From Deltaproteobacteria bacterium (GTDB taxonomy: Bacteria > Desulfobacterota > Dissulfuribacteria > Dissulfuribacterales > Dissulfuribacteraceae), in assembly GCA_026994795.1 (NCBI GenBank), contig JALWQB010000020.1, positions 6,113 to 70,112 of the forward strand: 64,000 nt of DNA. Direction: 5' to 3'. Of the stretch, positions 8,192-16,810 are shown piece by piece. The notes beneath the pieces are model-generated. The model worked only from the letters and a program-made list of their open reading frames with translations. It did no database searches and was not told where the DNA came from. The position numbers and the translations under genes were made by a program. Every line of letters starts with the position of its first letter. The stretch's first letter is position 1.

Positions 8192-9415
8192 TTAGCTGAT
8201 TACCCCCATAATCTTATTGGCCTTTTGCAGTGCGTCAATATATGCCATTGTGATCTCCTCTAAGGATATATTAAGCCTACGTGAGACCTTGTTTAAGACA
8301 TCGTCATTGGCGCGTTCGTACGCTAACATCATAGCAAGGAATGGCACAAACAGGCCTTTACCCTCCATTAAGGCAGATGAGATATTCTTATCAAGCGGTA
8401 TATTTGAGATTATTTCCTTTAATGGCCTGTCCATCATTGAATTCATTAATGATAACATGCCCATCAGGAAGATCTTTGGTGCATCCTCATCCCTATGGAG
8501 TTTTCTCGCGACATTTTCGCCAAACATTGCCCTTGTGCAGGCCATCACCATAAGCTCTTCAGGCTTTCCAGAGCATATATCAGCAAGTATAATCAATGTA
8601 AGCCACCTTCTTATCTCGCGTTCTCCCATAAGGATAATAGCCTGCTCAACTGATGAAATTTTTTTAGTAAATGAAAATGCCGCTGAATTTATGAGCTTAA
8701 ATAGCTTATACGTAATAGCAGGGTCTTTTTTTATAGTATCAGCTATTTGAACGATTTCCAGATCTGGAGACTGCATCTGCTTTATCAGGTTAAGATATGT
8801 CCACTTTGCCGGTTTTATATCCTTTGACTGGAGAATAGATGGCCGAGAAAAGAAATACCCTTGAAACAATTCATAACCCAGCTCTATTGCCTCTTCAAAA
8901 TCGGCCTTTGTCTCTACCTTCTCTGCAAGGAGCTTTACATTCCATTTTCTTAAAGAATCAGTCAGATCCTTACGTTTGTCATTAGGGGTAACCATCCAAT
9001 CAACCTTTACGATATCAGCTATGTCTAAAAGCTCATCTATCCTCTTCTGAAATATAAAATCATCCAGTGCCAGCCAAAATCCTTGTTTTTTAAGGAGCTT
9101 ACATGCATTTACTACCTCATCGTCAACCTGCACTGTCTCTAATACCTCTATAACGACCTTTTCCGGGACAAGGTTAGACGCCAGATCAGACAGGAGTAAT
9201 TCCTTAGAAAAATTTATAAATGCCTTTTTACCGCCTATGACCTCATCCATCCCCATGCCGTAAAAAAGATTATAGATTACGCTTGAAGTGGCCTTTGCCG
9301 GGTCTATTTCAATAAAACGGTTTTCCTGAGATGACCTGTATAGTAATTCATAGGCGACAGTCTCCTGCCCTTTATTTAAGATAGGCTGCCTTCCGAGATA
9401 TATTTCTTCAACCAT
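8192..9415 (-). CDS. EAL plus HDOD domain protein (c-di-GMP signalling)
   Basis: N-terminal GRQPILNKGQETVAYELLYRS and KVDW...AEKVET are EAL-like. The C-terminal half is HDOD-like (TIKKDPAITYKLFKLINSAAF). Confidence 0.8.
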   Translation of the reverse strand: MVEEIYLGRQPILNKGQETVAYELLYRSSQENRFIEIDPAKATSSVIYNLFYGMGMDEVIGGKKAFINFSKELLLSDLASNLVPEKVVIEVLETVQVDDEVVNACKLLKKQGFWLALDDFIFQKRIDELLDIADIVKVDWMVTPNDKRKDLTDSLRKWNVKLLAEKVETKADFEEAIELGYELFQGYFFSRPSILQSKDIKPAKWTYLNLIKQMQSPDLEIVQIADTIKKDPAITYKLFKLINSAAFSFTKKISSVEQAIILMGEREIRRWLTLIILADICSGKPEELMVMACTRAMFGENVARKLHRDEDAPKIFLMGMLSLMNSMMDRPLKEIISNIPLDKNISSALMEGKGLFVPFLAMMLAYERANDDVLNKVSRRLNISLEEITMAYIDALQKANKIMGVIS

Positions 9416-9563
9416 AAAATAGTCCCCCTAAAATATTGGCCATAAGTCAAAGTAAGCAAGACTTTAAACTATATTAAAATATAAACTATTTTTTCTTAGA
9501 AAATCAAGGGGGAAATTATGACAGATTTAAAAAAGGGGGGCGTGATTAGAAGAAGAGGCCGGA

Positions 9564-9784
9564 GAGGCTGTATAGGGATAGAATCGGCAAAGGCTATAAA
9601 GGCTGTTGTAGGGGGGTAGAGGGGATAGAGGTTGTAGAGGGGGTAGAGGCTATAGAGGTTGTAGAAGGGGTAGAGGGGATAGAGGCTATAGAGGTTGTAG
9701 AGGGGGGTAGAGGATGCTGGGCGCGGCTTGAACGCCTTCTTACAAAAACCTCTACAACCTCTATAATCTTTACAGCCTTACAAT
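9564..9784. repeat. 9-bp tandem repeat array 1 (TAGAGG plus variable triplet), then a spacer and inverted units
   Basis: TAGAGG recurs at 9617, 9626, 9635, 9644, 9653, (9662 is TAGAAG), 9671, 9680, 9689, 9698 and 9708. Degenerate units lie upstream. Inverted CCTCTA units at 9749 and 9758 pair 17/18 with 9686-9703. Confidence 0.9.
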
Positions 9785-10765
9785 CTAAAATTCATTTAGT
9801 GTCCTTATTATGCTATTTATAAAGATTTTATCTACATCAGGATAAAACCCGAGCCCTTTAAAATAGCTTTTTCCTTTATAGCTTACAGTTGGGGTATCTA
9901 CTTTAAATCCCTTTTTCTCCATCTCTAATGCCCATGAAAGCTCGCCGTCCTCCGGGGTTTTGCCCATAATATCATTCATTATATGGTCCCCTGCAACAAA
10001 CATAAATGGCACAAAGCGGATATGTTTAGGCCAGCACTTGCTCGCCTGATTTAACACCTCTTTTCTTGTAAATATGCCTTCTACTGTCCCTATAGTAACA
10101 TTCTTATAGTATGCCTTGACTATACGCTCAAGCCCCAGATAAGACAAATTTGCCCTGTTCATGCTCTCCCCCGTGCCGTGCGCTACAAGTATATTGCAGC
10201 CCTTTTTGGGGGGCAGCAACTCGTGTTTGAGAGATGCTACAACTTTTTCCATGTCCTCCCAGTGGGCAAGAAGCGGCGCGCCTACCTTAATCCTCACCTC
10301 AAAATCCTTAAATGCCTCGTTAAGACCTTCAATCATTGTCAAGACATTTTCATATTCAATGCCAGGAAAAATATGAAGGGGCTGAACGACAATTTTTCTA
10401 TAGCCTTCGTCTTCAAGGTCTGATATAACCTGCGCAATGCCTCTCAATCTCTTGTTCAATCCCTGTTTTTTAAACTTTTTATTCGCCCTTTCCCTCACAA
10501 TTTCAGAGGTAAATGCCCATTCTATCCTTAAATTTTTATATTTTTCAGGCAGCTCTTTTCTAAGCCGCTCTTCAAAAAATTCAAATGTGGAAAATGCCCT
10601 TGTGGTTGTGCCAAAGGCAACAATTACAATTGCCGGGTCATTTTTAAGCGTCATTGTCTTTAACATTGCGCAAGATATAGCGCTTGAAAAAAACACTATA
10701 AAGAACAGGATAAATGAAGATAGTAATATGCTTAATGAGTTATAAAAATTTTTTCTTTTTTCCAT
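9785..10765 (-). CDS. cbiK: CbiK-type sirohydrochlorin cobaltochelatase homologue with N-terminal signal/TM segment
   Basis: Hydrophobic N-terminus (LSILLSSFILFFIVFFSSAISCA), then VIVAFGTTT...LVAHGTGE...FMFVAGDH, the two-lobed CbiK pattern. It lies downstream of a cobalamin riboswitch. Confidence 0.75.
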   Translation of the reverse strand: MEKRKNFYNSLSILLSSFILFFIVFFSSAISCAMLKTMTLKNDPAIVIVAFGTTTRAFSTFEFFEERLRKELPEKYKNLRIEWAFTSEIVRERANKKFKKQGLNKRLRGIAQVISDLEDEGYRKIVVQPLHIFPGIEYENVLTMIEGLNEAFKDFEVRIKVGAPLLAHWEDMEKVVASLKHELLPPKKGCNILVAHGTGESMNRANLSYLGLERIVKAYYKNVTIGTVEGIFTRKEVLNQASKCWPKHIRFVPFMFVAGDHIMNDIMGKTPEDGELSWALEMEKKGFKVDTPTVSYKGKSYFKGLGFYPDVDKIFINSIIRTLNEF

Positions 10766-11001
10766 TTTTTATTTCCCTCCTTTTAATTTTAACAGATAAG
10801 GTCTCACAAGGCGAAACAATCCTCTCATCTTCTTTGCTTGTTTACTTAGAAGATAGATTTTATGCTATTTAGCTCCTGTTAGAGTTAAATAAACTAAATA
10901 ATTGGAGCTATAAGGACATAATTATTTAAGGATTAATTATTCAATAGAAATAGAAAGGGAAAAAGATATTCTTCATAGGCTCACCTCCCTCGCGGTTATT
11001 C

Positions 11002-11153
11002 AGACAGAAGGGTCTTCCGACTTAGGGCATAATGTCAGCCTACTTGCCCGCCTTCCCATCCCATTTGCAGGACAGTGGCGTTATGGGCGTTCGTTCCCAT
11101 TACGGCTGCGGGGCAGTGGGGGATTTTCACCCCTCTTCCACGCTTCTGTCTGT
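11002..11153 (-). promoter_or_regulatory. cobalamin (B12) riboswitch aptamer
   Basis: The minus strand reads CAGACAGAAG...GGTGAAAATCCCCCACTGCCCCGCAGCCGTAATGGGAAC...GCCACTG...GGGAAGGC...AAGTCGGAAGACCCTTCTGTCTG. This gives the P1 pairing (11144-53 with 11002-11), the GCCACTG core and the B12 box. Confidence 0.85.
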
Positions 11154-11398
11154 GTTAGTTGAAGAGTTTATAATTGTTTTTGTTTAGATAAACCCTTAAA
11201 AACTAAAATACGTTATAAAAACGGCGTTGTCAAGCTCCGTATGACAGGAGCAGGCAATATAAATTAATTCAATATTAACTCAATATTTATAGTGGACAAA
11301 GTAAAAATCGTGCTTAATTTAAGCTGTGAGCCTGAGAGATTTTAAGGAAAGGCAATAATGATTTATAAAGATATTCAAGTTAAAGGAGGAACACGACT

Positions 11399-13360
11399 AT
11401 GGGTAAGGTGATAGGAATAGACCTTGGAACCACAAATTCATGCGTTGCGATTATGGAAGGTGGAGATCCAAAGGTGCTGACCAATGCTGAGGGTGGCAGA
11501 ACTACCCCGTCTGTAGTTGCTTTTACAGACAAGGGAGAGCGTCTTATAGGTATGCTTGCAAAGAGGCAGGCGGTAACAAATGCAGAGAAGACAATATTTG
11601 CTGCAAAAAGGCTTATTGGTAGGAAGTATTCTGATAAAGAGGTTCAAAAGTCAAAGGAAATCGTTCCTTATAAGATTGTAGAAGGCCCTAATGGCGATGC
11701 CTATATAGAGGCGGATGGCAAACAGTATAGCCCTGCTGAGATTTCGGCGATGGTTCTTACCAAAATGAAGCAGACCGCAGAAGAATATTTGGGAGAAAAG
11801 GTTGAAGAGGCAGTCATTACTGTGCCTGCATATTTTAATGACAGCCAGCGTCAGGCGACAAAGGATGCAGGAAGGATTGCGGGGCTAAATGTGTTGAGGA
11901 TAATAAATGAGCCAACGGCAGCCTCTCTTGCCTATGGGCTTGATAAAAAGTCTGAGGAAAAGATTGCGGTCTTTGACCTTGGAGGCGGCACATTTGATAT
12001 CTCAATCCTTGAAATAGGAGATGGAGTCTTTGAGGTAAAGGCTACAAATGGAGATACATTCCTTGGAGGCGAAGACTTTGACCTCCGTATTGTGGACTGG
12101 CTTGCTGATGAGTTTAAAAAGGAGCATGGCGTTGATTTAAGGGATGACAGGATGGCGCTCCAGCGCCTTAAGGAGGCGGCGGAAAAGGCAAAGTGCGAGC
12201 TTTCTACTACTATGGAGACAGAGATAAATCTTCCGTTTATAACAGCGGATGCAAGCGGCCCTAAGCACCTTGTGATAAAGCTTACAAGGGCAAAGCTTGA
12301 GGCGCTATGCTCGGACCTTATAGAAAGGCTTGTCGGCCCATGTCAGACTGCCCTTAAAGATGCGGGGCTTACAGCAGCGGATATTGACGAGGTAATCCTT
12401 GTAGGCGGTATGACCCGTATGCCAAGGGTACAGGAAAAGGTCAAAGAGATATTTGGAAAAGAGCCTCATAAAGGGGTAAATCCTGACGAGGTGGTGGCAA
12501 TTGGCGCTGCAATACAGGGGGCAGTGCTTAAAGGCGAGGTAAAGGATGTGCTGCTTCTGGATGTAACGCCTCTTAGCCTTGGCATAGAGACGCTGGGCGG
12601 CGTTATGACAAAGCTCATAGAAAAGAATACCACTATCCCGACAAAGAAGAGCCAAATCTTTACCACTGCCGCTGACAATCAAAATGCCGTTACTATCCAT
12701 GTATTGCAGGGCGAGAGGGAGATGGCGGCAGACAACAAGACCATTGGCCGTTTTGAGCTTGTGGGCATCCCGCCTGCGCCTCGCGGCGTGCCTCAGATTG
12801 AGGTAACCTTTGATATAGACGCAAATGGCATACTCAATGTGTCCGCTAAGGACCTGGCGACAGGCAAGGAGCAATCAATAAAGATACAGGCATCAAGCGG
12901 GTTGAGCGAAGAGGATATAGAGAGGATGGTCAAGGATGCGGAGGCGCATGCGGCAGAGGACAAAAAGAGACGCGAGCTTATAGAGGTAAGGAATCAGGCC
13001 GACACCTTTATATATTCAACCGAGAAGAACTTGCAGGAGTTAGGCGATAAGATTGACAGCGCGACAAGAGATAACATACAGGAGAAAATAAAGGCGCTCA
13101 GGAAGGCAATGGAGGGCGATGACATAGAGGCTATCAAAAACGCCCAGAGCGACCTTATGCAGGCAGCCCATAAGGTTGCGGAGATGATGTATCAGCAGGC
13201 GTCTCAGGCGCAGGCAGGTGCAGGGGGGCAGGGGGGCTCTGGAGGCCCATTTGCAGGAGGAGCAGGAGGCTGCGGCCCGTCTTGTAATGCCTCAGCCCAG
13301 CAAGGAGGAAGGGGAGGCAATGACGATGTGGTTGATGCCGACTTTGAGGAGGTAAAGTAA
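11399..13360 (+). CDS. dnaK: molecular chaperone DnaK (Hsp70)
   Basis: [31 protein letters not shown] and the C-terminal ...DADFEEVK. Confidence 0.97.
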   Translation: MGKVIGIDLGTTNSCVAIMEGGDPKVLTNAEGGRTTPSVVAFTDKGERLIGMLAKRQAVTNAEKTIFAAKRLIGRKYSDKEVQKSKEIVPYKIVEGPNGDAYIEADGKQYSPAEISAMVLTKMKQTAEEYLGEKVEEAVITVPAYFNDSQRQATKDAGRIAGLNVLRIINEPTAASLAYGLDKKSEEKIAVFDLGGGTFDISILEIGDGVFEVKATNGDTFLGGEDFDLRIVDWLADEFKKEHGVDLRDDRMALQRLKEAAEKAKCELSTTMETEINLPFITADASGPKHLVIKLTRAKLEALCSDLIERLVGPCQTALKDAGLTAADIDEVILVGGMTRMPRVQEKVKEIFGKEPHKGVNPDEVVAIGAAIQGAVLKGEVKDVLLLDVTPLSLGIETLGGVMTKLIEKNTTIPTKKSQIFTTAADNQNAVTIHVLQGEREMAADNKTIGRFELVGIPPAPRGVPQIEVTFDIDANGILNVSAKDLATGKEQSIKIQASSGLSEEDIERMVKDAEAHAAEDKKRRELIEVRNQADTFIYSTEKNLQELGDKIDSATRDNIQEKIKALRKAMEGDDIEAIKNAQSDLMQAAHKVAEMMYQQASQAQAGAGGQGGSGGPFAGGAGGCGPSCNASAQQGGRGGNDDVVDADFEEVK

Positions 13361-13438
13361 CATTCCTTCATTAGACAGAATCTTTTAATATCAGGTAATA
13401 GTTATTTGTGTGTTAATTATCCTTAAAATATTTTCAAA

Positions 13439-13478
13439 AGCGGGTTTCCCAAGATGTGGAAATCCGCTTTATTTTTCT
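13439..13478 (+). terminator. rho-independent terminator after dnaK
   Basis: agcgggtttcc / ggaaatccgct stem (one G-U pair) followed by tttattttt. Confidence 0.65.
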
Positions 13479-13505
13479 TGACAACTCACCTTATCCCCTT
13501 ATAGT
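13478..13505 (+). promoter_or_regulatory. sigma-70-type promoter candidate for yceD-rpmF-plsX-fabH
   Basis: TTGACA (13478-83), a 16-nt spacer, then TATAGT (13500-05), about 70 nt upstream of yceD. Confidence 0.45.
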
Positions 13506-13572
13506 TGTCTCTTCTAAATGACATTATTATTGAATATAGTTCTTTTGTGGTTTTGTGTTATAGTGTTGCGTT

Positions 13573-14115
13573 ATGGATAACTCAGTAACTTTTAGCGAGG
13601 TTGTATTATTTGAAGAAATACCCTATGAGGGGGTATCTTTTATTTATGACGACCTTCCTGGATTGCTTAACGATATTGACGGCGTAGCGGCATACAGGCC
13701 GATAAGGGCTGAGGTGAGGCTCTTTAAAAGAGGAGAGGGCATTATGGCAGAAGGGCATATAGATGCCACGCTCAAGCTCAGATGCGACAGGTGTCTTAAC
13801 GCATATTCCCATGTCATATCCCTTTCGTATTCTTATATCCTCATGCCCAATTCAGGAGATCATTTAAAGGATGAGGTAGATCTTAAAGACGGCGATCTGG
13901 ACATATCATTTTTTAATGGGGTTTCTATTGAGCTTTCAGATATATTCAGGGAGCAGATAGTCTTGAGCCTTCCTGTAAAGAGGCTTTGCCGTAAGGCATG
14001 TAAAGGACTTTGCCCCTATTGCGGGAAAGACCTGAATACAGGGCGCTGTATGTGTAAGGGGTATGTAAAGGAAAGCCCGTTTAAGGTGTTAGAAGCTATA
14101 AGAATACAAATTTGA
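13573..14115 (+). CDS. yceD: DUF177/YceD-family protein
   Basis: Cys pairs CDRC...CPYC and the classic position directly upstream of rpmF-plsX. Confidence 0.8.
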   Translation: MDNSVTFSEVVLFEEIPYEGVSFIYDDLPGLLNDIDGVAAYRPIRAEVRLFKRGEGIMAEGHIDATLKLRCDRCLNAYSHVISLSYSYILMPNSGDHLKDEVDLKDGDLDISFFNGVSIELSDIFREQIVLSLPVKRLCRKACKGLCPYCGKDLNTGRCMCKGYVKESPFKVLEAIRIQI

Positions 14116-14194
14116 TTATGGGTAATAACAGTTATTATATGGACTGTTTTTATAATTACTTATAAATTTTATAGTTACATTATGGAGGTTTTAA

Positions 14195-14380
14195 ATGGCT
14201 GTTCCAAAGAGAAAGGTATCAAGGTCAAGAAGGGGTAAAAGAAGGGCGCATGATGCGCTTAAGGTTCCATCTGTTGCATTCTGCGCTAATTGCGATGAGC
14301 CCAAGATGCCCCATAGGATATGTCCAAGTTGCGGCTTTTACAGGGGAAAAAATTTTATAGACAGGGAAGAAGTGGATTAA
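14195..14380 (+). CDS. rpmF: 50S ribosomal protein L32
   Basis: MAVPKRKVSRSRRGKRRAH plus a CxxC...CPSC zinc ribbon. Confidence 0.95.
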   Translation: MAVPKRKVSRSRRGKRRAHDALKVPSVAFCANCDEPKMPHRICPSCGFYRGKNFIDREEVD

Positions 14381-14383
14381 TAT

Positions 14384-15376
14384 ATGCCAGTAGCTGTTGA
14401 CGCTATGGGCGGAGACCATGGCCATAGTGTGGTTGTGGAGGGGGCAGTCCTTGCCGCAAGGGAGTTTGGAATAGAGGCTATACTTGTCGGCAGGGAAGAG
14501 GTGATAGCCCCTTTTCTCTCTAAGTTTGACTATAATAAGGACTTAATCTCCATAAAACACGCCACACAGGTGGTATCTATGGAGGATGCCCCATCTGACG
14601 CTGTGCGAAAGAAGAAGGACTCTTCTATTAAGGCGGCATTTGAGCTTGTAAGGGACAGGGCTGCCTCTTCAGTGGTGAGCGCAGGGAATTCAGGCGCTAC
14701 AATGGCAGAGGCCCTCTTTACGCTTGGAAGGATAAAGGGCGTAAGGCCGGCAATCGCCACTATAATGCCAACCTTAAAAGACCCTGTATTGATGATAGAT
14801 GTGGGTGCGAATGTTGATTGCAAGCCTTCCCACTTGTATCAGTTCGCCATAATGGGAGATGTATTTGTAAGGGAGCATCTAAAGAGAGAAAGCCCTGCCA
14901 TTGGTCTTTTAAGCATAGGTGAAGAGGATACAAAGGGCAACCTTCAGGTAAAGCAGGCCTATGATATGATTGCCGGAAGCAATCTTAACTTTATAGGCAA
15001 TGTTGAGGGCAGAGATGTCTTTAAGGGAGATGTGGATGTGGTTGTCTGCGATGGATTCGTGGGCAATATCTGCCTTAAGCTCAGTGAAGGGCTTGCAGAG
15101 AGCATTATCCATATGTTAAGGCAGGAGATTGAGGGGAGCCTTATGGCGTCAATGGGTTATGCCCTTACGAAAAAGGCGTTTAAGAGGTTTAAGAAAAAGA
15201 TTGACTATGCTGAATATGGCGGCGCGCCCCTTCTGGGCATAAAGGGCATTGCCATAATATGTCATGGCCGTTCCACTGCGCGGGCGATAAAGAATGCCAT
15301 CAAGGTCGCTAATGACCTTGCAGGGCTGAGGCTCAACGAAAAACTTGAACAAGGACTTTACATGGCCAATGGTTAG
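14384..15376 (+). CDS. plsX: phosphate acyltransferase PlsX
   Basis: VAVDAMGGDHG...SAGNSGA...DGFVGN motifs. Confidence 0.95.
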   Translation: MPVAVDAMGGDHGHSVVVEGAVLAAREFGIEAILVGREEVIAPFLSKFDYNKDLISIKHATQVVSMEDAPSDAVRKKKDSSIKAAFELVRDRAASSVVSAGNSGATMAEALFTLGRIKGVRPAIATIMPTLKDPVLMIDVGANVDCKPSHLYQFAIMGDVFVREHLKRESPAIGLLSIGEEDTKGNLQVKQAYDMIAGSNLNFIGNVEGRDVFKGDVDVVVCDGFVGNICLKLSEGLAESIIHMLRQEIEGSLMASMGYALTKKAFKRFKKKIDYAEYGGAPLLGIKGIAIICHGRSTARAIKNAIKVANDLAGLRLNEKLEQGLYMANG

Positions 15377-16352
15377 GAGCGCTATATTAGGGACAGGTTC
15401 TTATCTGCCCAAGAAACGGGTCAGCAATAAAGAGCTTGAAGAGATTGTTGATACATCTGATGAGTGGATAAAGACGAGGACAGGCATAGAGGCAAGGCAT
15501 ATCATATCTGATGGAGAGACAAATTCTGTGCTTGCCCAAAAGGCTGCAGAGATGGCCATTGAGATGGCAGGCATATCTCCAGAGGACTTAGACCTTGTAA
15601 TAGCAGCTACCCTCACGCCTGATATGCCTATGCCGAGCGTGGCGTGTCTTGTTCAGGACGCAATAGGGGCGAAGAATGCTGGGGCATTTGATTTGTATGC
15701 CACATGCTCAGGTTTTCTCTATGGCCTTACAGTTGCTGATGGCCTTATTAGGGCAGATATTTCTAAGAAGATACTGGTCATCGGGAGCGAGACCCTTTCA
15801 AGGCGGGTAAACTGGAAGGACAGGACTACTTGCGTCCTGTTTGGAGATGGCGCTGGGGCAGTGGTATTAGGGGCGTCTTCTGAAAATAACAGGGGCATTA
15901 TGTCAGCATGTCTTCATTCAGATGGCTCTTTGGGCGGGCTTTTGACCATAAGGGGACTGGGGACAAGGCATGATCTTAAGAAAACCCTTGAAAACGAATG
16001 GCAGTATATTGAGATGAACGGAAGAGAGGTATTTAAACATGCCACAAGGGCGCTTGAGGCAGTAAGCATTGAGGCAATAGAGGCGGCAGGCTGGGCTGAT
16101 GCCTCTATGATTGACCTTTTTATTCCACATCAGGCAAACATACGGATTATTGAGCACATGCGGGAGAGGCTCGGGATTTCACGGGAAAGGGTCTTTATCA
16201 ATATAGATAAATATGGTAATACCTCTGCGGCAAGCATTCCAATAGCCCTTGATGAGGCAAACCGCAAAGGCCGCCTGTTCCCAGGGGCAAGGGTCTTGAT
16301 GTCAGCCTTTGGGGGGGGCTTTACATGGGCGTCTGTTGCAATGAGGTGGTGA
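15369..16352 (+). CDS. fabH: 3-oxoacyl-ACP synthase III
   Basis: Starts MVRSAILGTGSYLP (an 8-nt overlap with plsX). Has the active-site context ATCSGF, HQANIRI and GNTSAASIP. Confidence 0.95.
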   Translation: MVRSAILGTGSYLPKKRVSNKELEEIVDTSDEWIKTRTGIEARHIISDGETNSVLAQKAAEMAIEMAGISPEDLDLVIAATLTPDMPMPSVACLVQDAIGAKNAGAFDLYATCSGFLYGLTVADGLIRADISKKILVIGSETLSRRVNWKDRTTCVLFGDGAGAVVLGASSENNRGIMSACLHSDGSLGGLLTIRGLGTRHDLKKTLENEWQYIEMNGREVFKHATRALEAVSIEAIEAAGWADASMIDLFIPHQANIRIIEHMRERLGISRERVFINIDKYGNTSAASIPIALDEANRKGRLFPGARVLMSAFGGGFTWASVAMRW

Positions 16353-16411
16353 GGAGCTGTCTGAAGGCTATCTTATTGTGAGGCAATTATAAAAGACAGG
16401 ATGAGGAATAT

Positions 16412-16630
16412 ATGAAATATCAGGTTATTATTGAACAAGATGAAGATGGAATGTTTGTAGCAGAGGTTCCTTCGCTTCCTGGTTGTATTTCTCAAGGGAA
16501 AACGCGTGTGGAAGTATTAAAAAATATAAAAGAGGCAATTGAAGTTTATATTGAAAGTTTGAGAGCGCACAATGAGTTTATTCATCCATCTATCGTGAAG
16601 TGGCAAAGGGCACTTTGCGAAAGATTATAA
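16412..16630 (+). CDS. hicB: HicB-family antitoxin N-terminal domain (UPF0150-like), probably truncated
   Basis: MKYQVIIEQDEDGMFVAEVPSLPGCISQGKTRVEVLKNIKEAIEVYIESL matches the HicB N-domain pattern. No DNA-binding domain follows. Confidence 0.7.
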   Translation: MKYQVIIEQDEDGMFVAEVPSLPGCISQGKTRVEVLKNIKEAIEVYIESLRAHNEFIHPSIVKWQRALCERL

Positions 16631-16674
16631 GGCAAGTTGGATTAACTGTTGAAGATTTTAAGAGACTTTTATGA
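16600..16674 (+). pseudogene. HicA toxin C-terminal remnant
   Basis: A different frame reads VAKGTLRKIIRQVGLTVEDFKRLL*, the conserved HicA C-terminal tail (GTLR.I..Q.GL..E.F..LL). It has no start codon or N-terminal part. Confidence 0.5.
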
Positions 16675-16810
16675 AATTAATATATTACATGTATGACAAT
16701 TCCTTACTCCTGACAGCTATTTTATTGGCTCTCCATAGAGGCAGGTGAAAAATTTTATTGTTATTACTTGTTGTTACTAATTGTTAGTATATGAAAAATA
16801 GGTGAATGAA

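Noticed and set aside
9518-9619. 33-codon ORF (MTDLKKGGVIRRRGRRGCIGIESAKAIKAVVGG*) with a strong AAGGGGG Shine-Dalgarno, running into repeat array 1
   Set aside because: It is very short and low-complexity and ends at the first in-frame TAG of the array. The Shine-Dalgarno-like G-run may be chance in a G-rich spacer. I noted it but did not call it.
9564-9784. Could the regular repeats be a CRISPR array?
   Set aside because: The unit is only 9 bp with no unique spacers. There is no leader or cas gene, and the same unit is contiguous, so this is a tandem microsatellite-like array, not CRISPR.
10960-10995. 11-codon minus-strand peptide ORF (MKNIFFPFYFY*) just downstream of the B12 aptamer, as a possible leader peptide
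   Set aside because: It has no Shine-Dalgarno and is very short, and cobalamin riboswitches do not normally use leader peptides.
11154-11398. CIRCE (TTAGCACTC-N9-GAGTGCTAA) or a sigma-32-type promoter upstream of dnaK
   Set aside because: Neither pattern is visible. Only weak sigma-70-like hexamers are present, so no promoter is called.
13200-13330. Gly-rich DnaK tail containing [10 protein letters not shown] with two cysteines
   Set aside because: Gly/Ala/Gln-rich linkers before the terminal acidic motif are common in DnaK. Two Cys in low-complexity sequence is not enough to propose a function.
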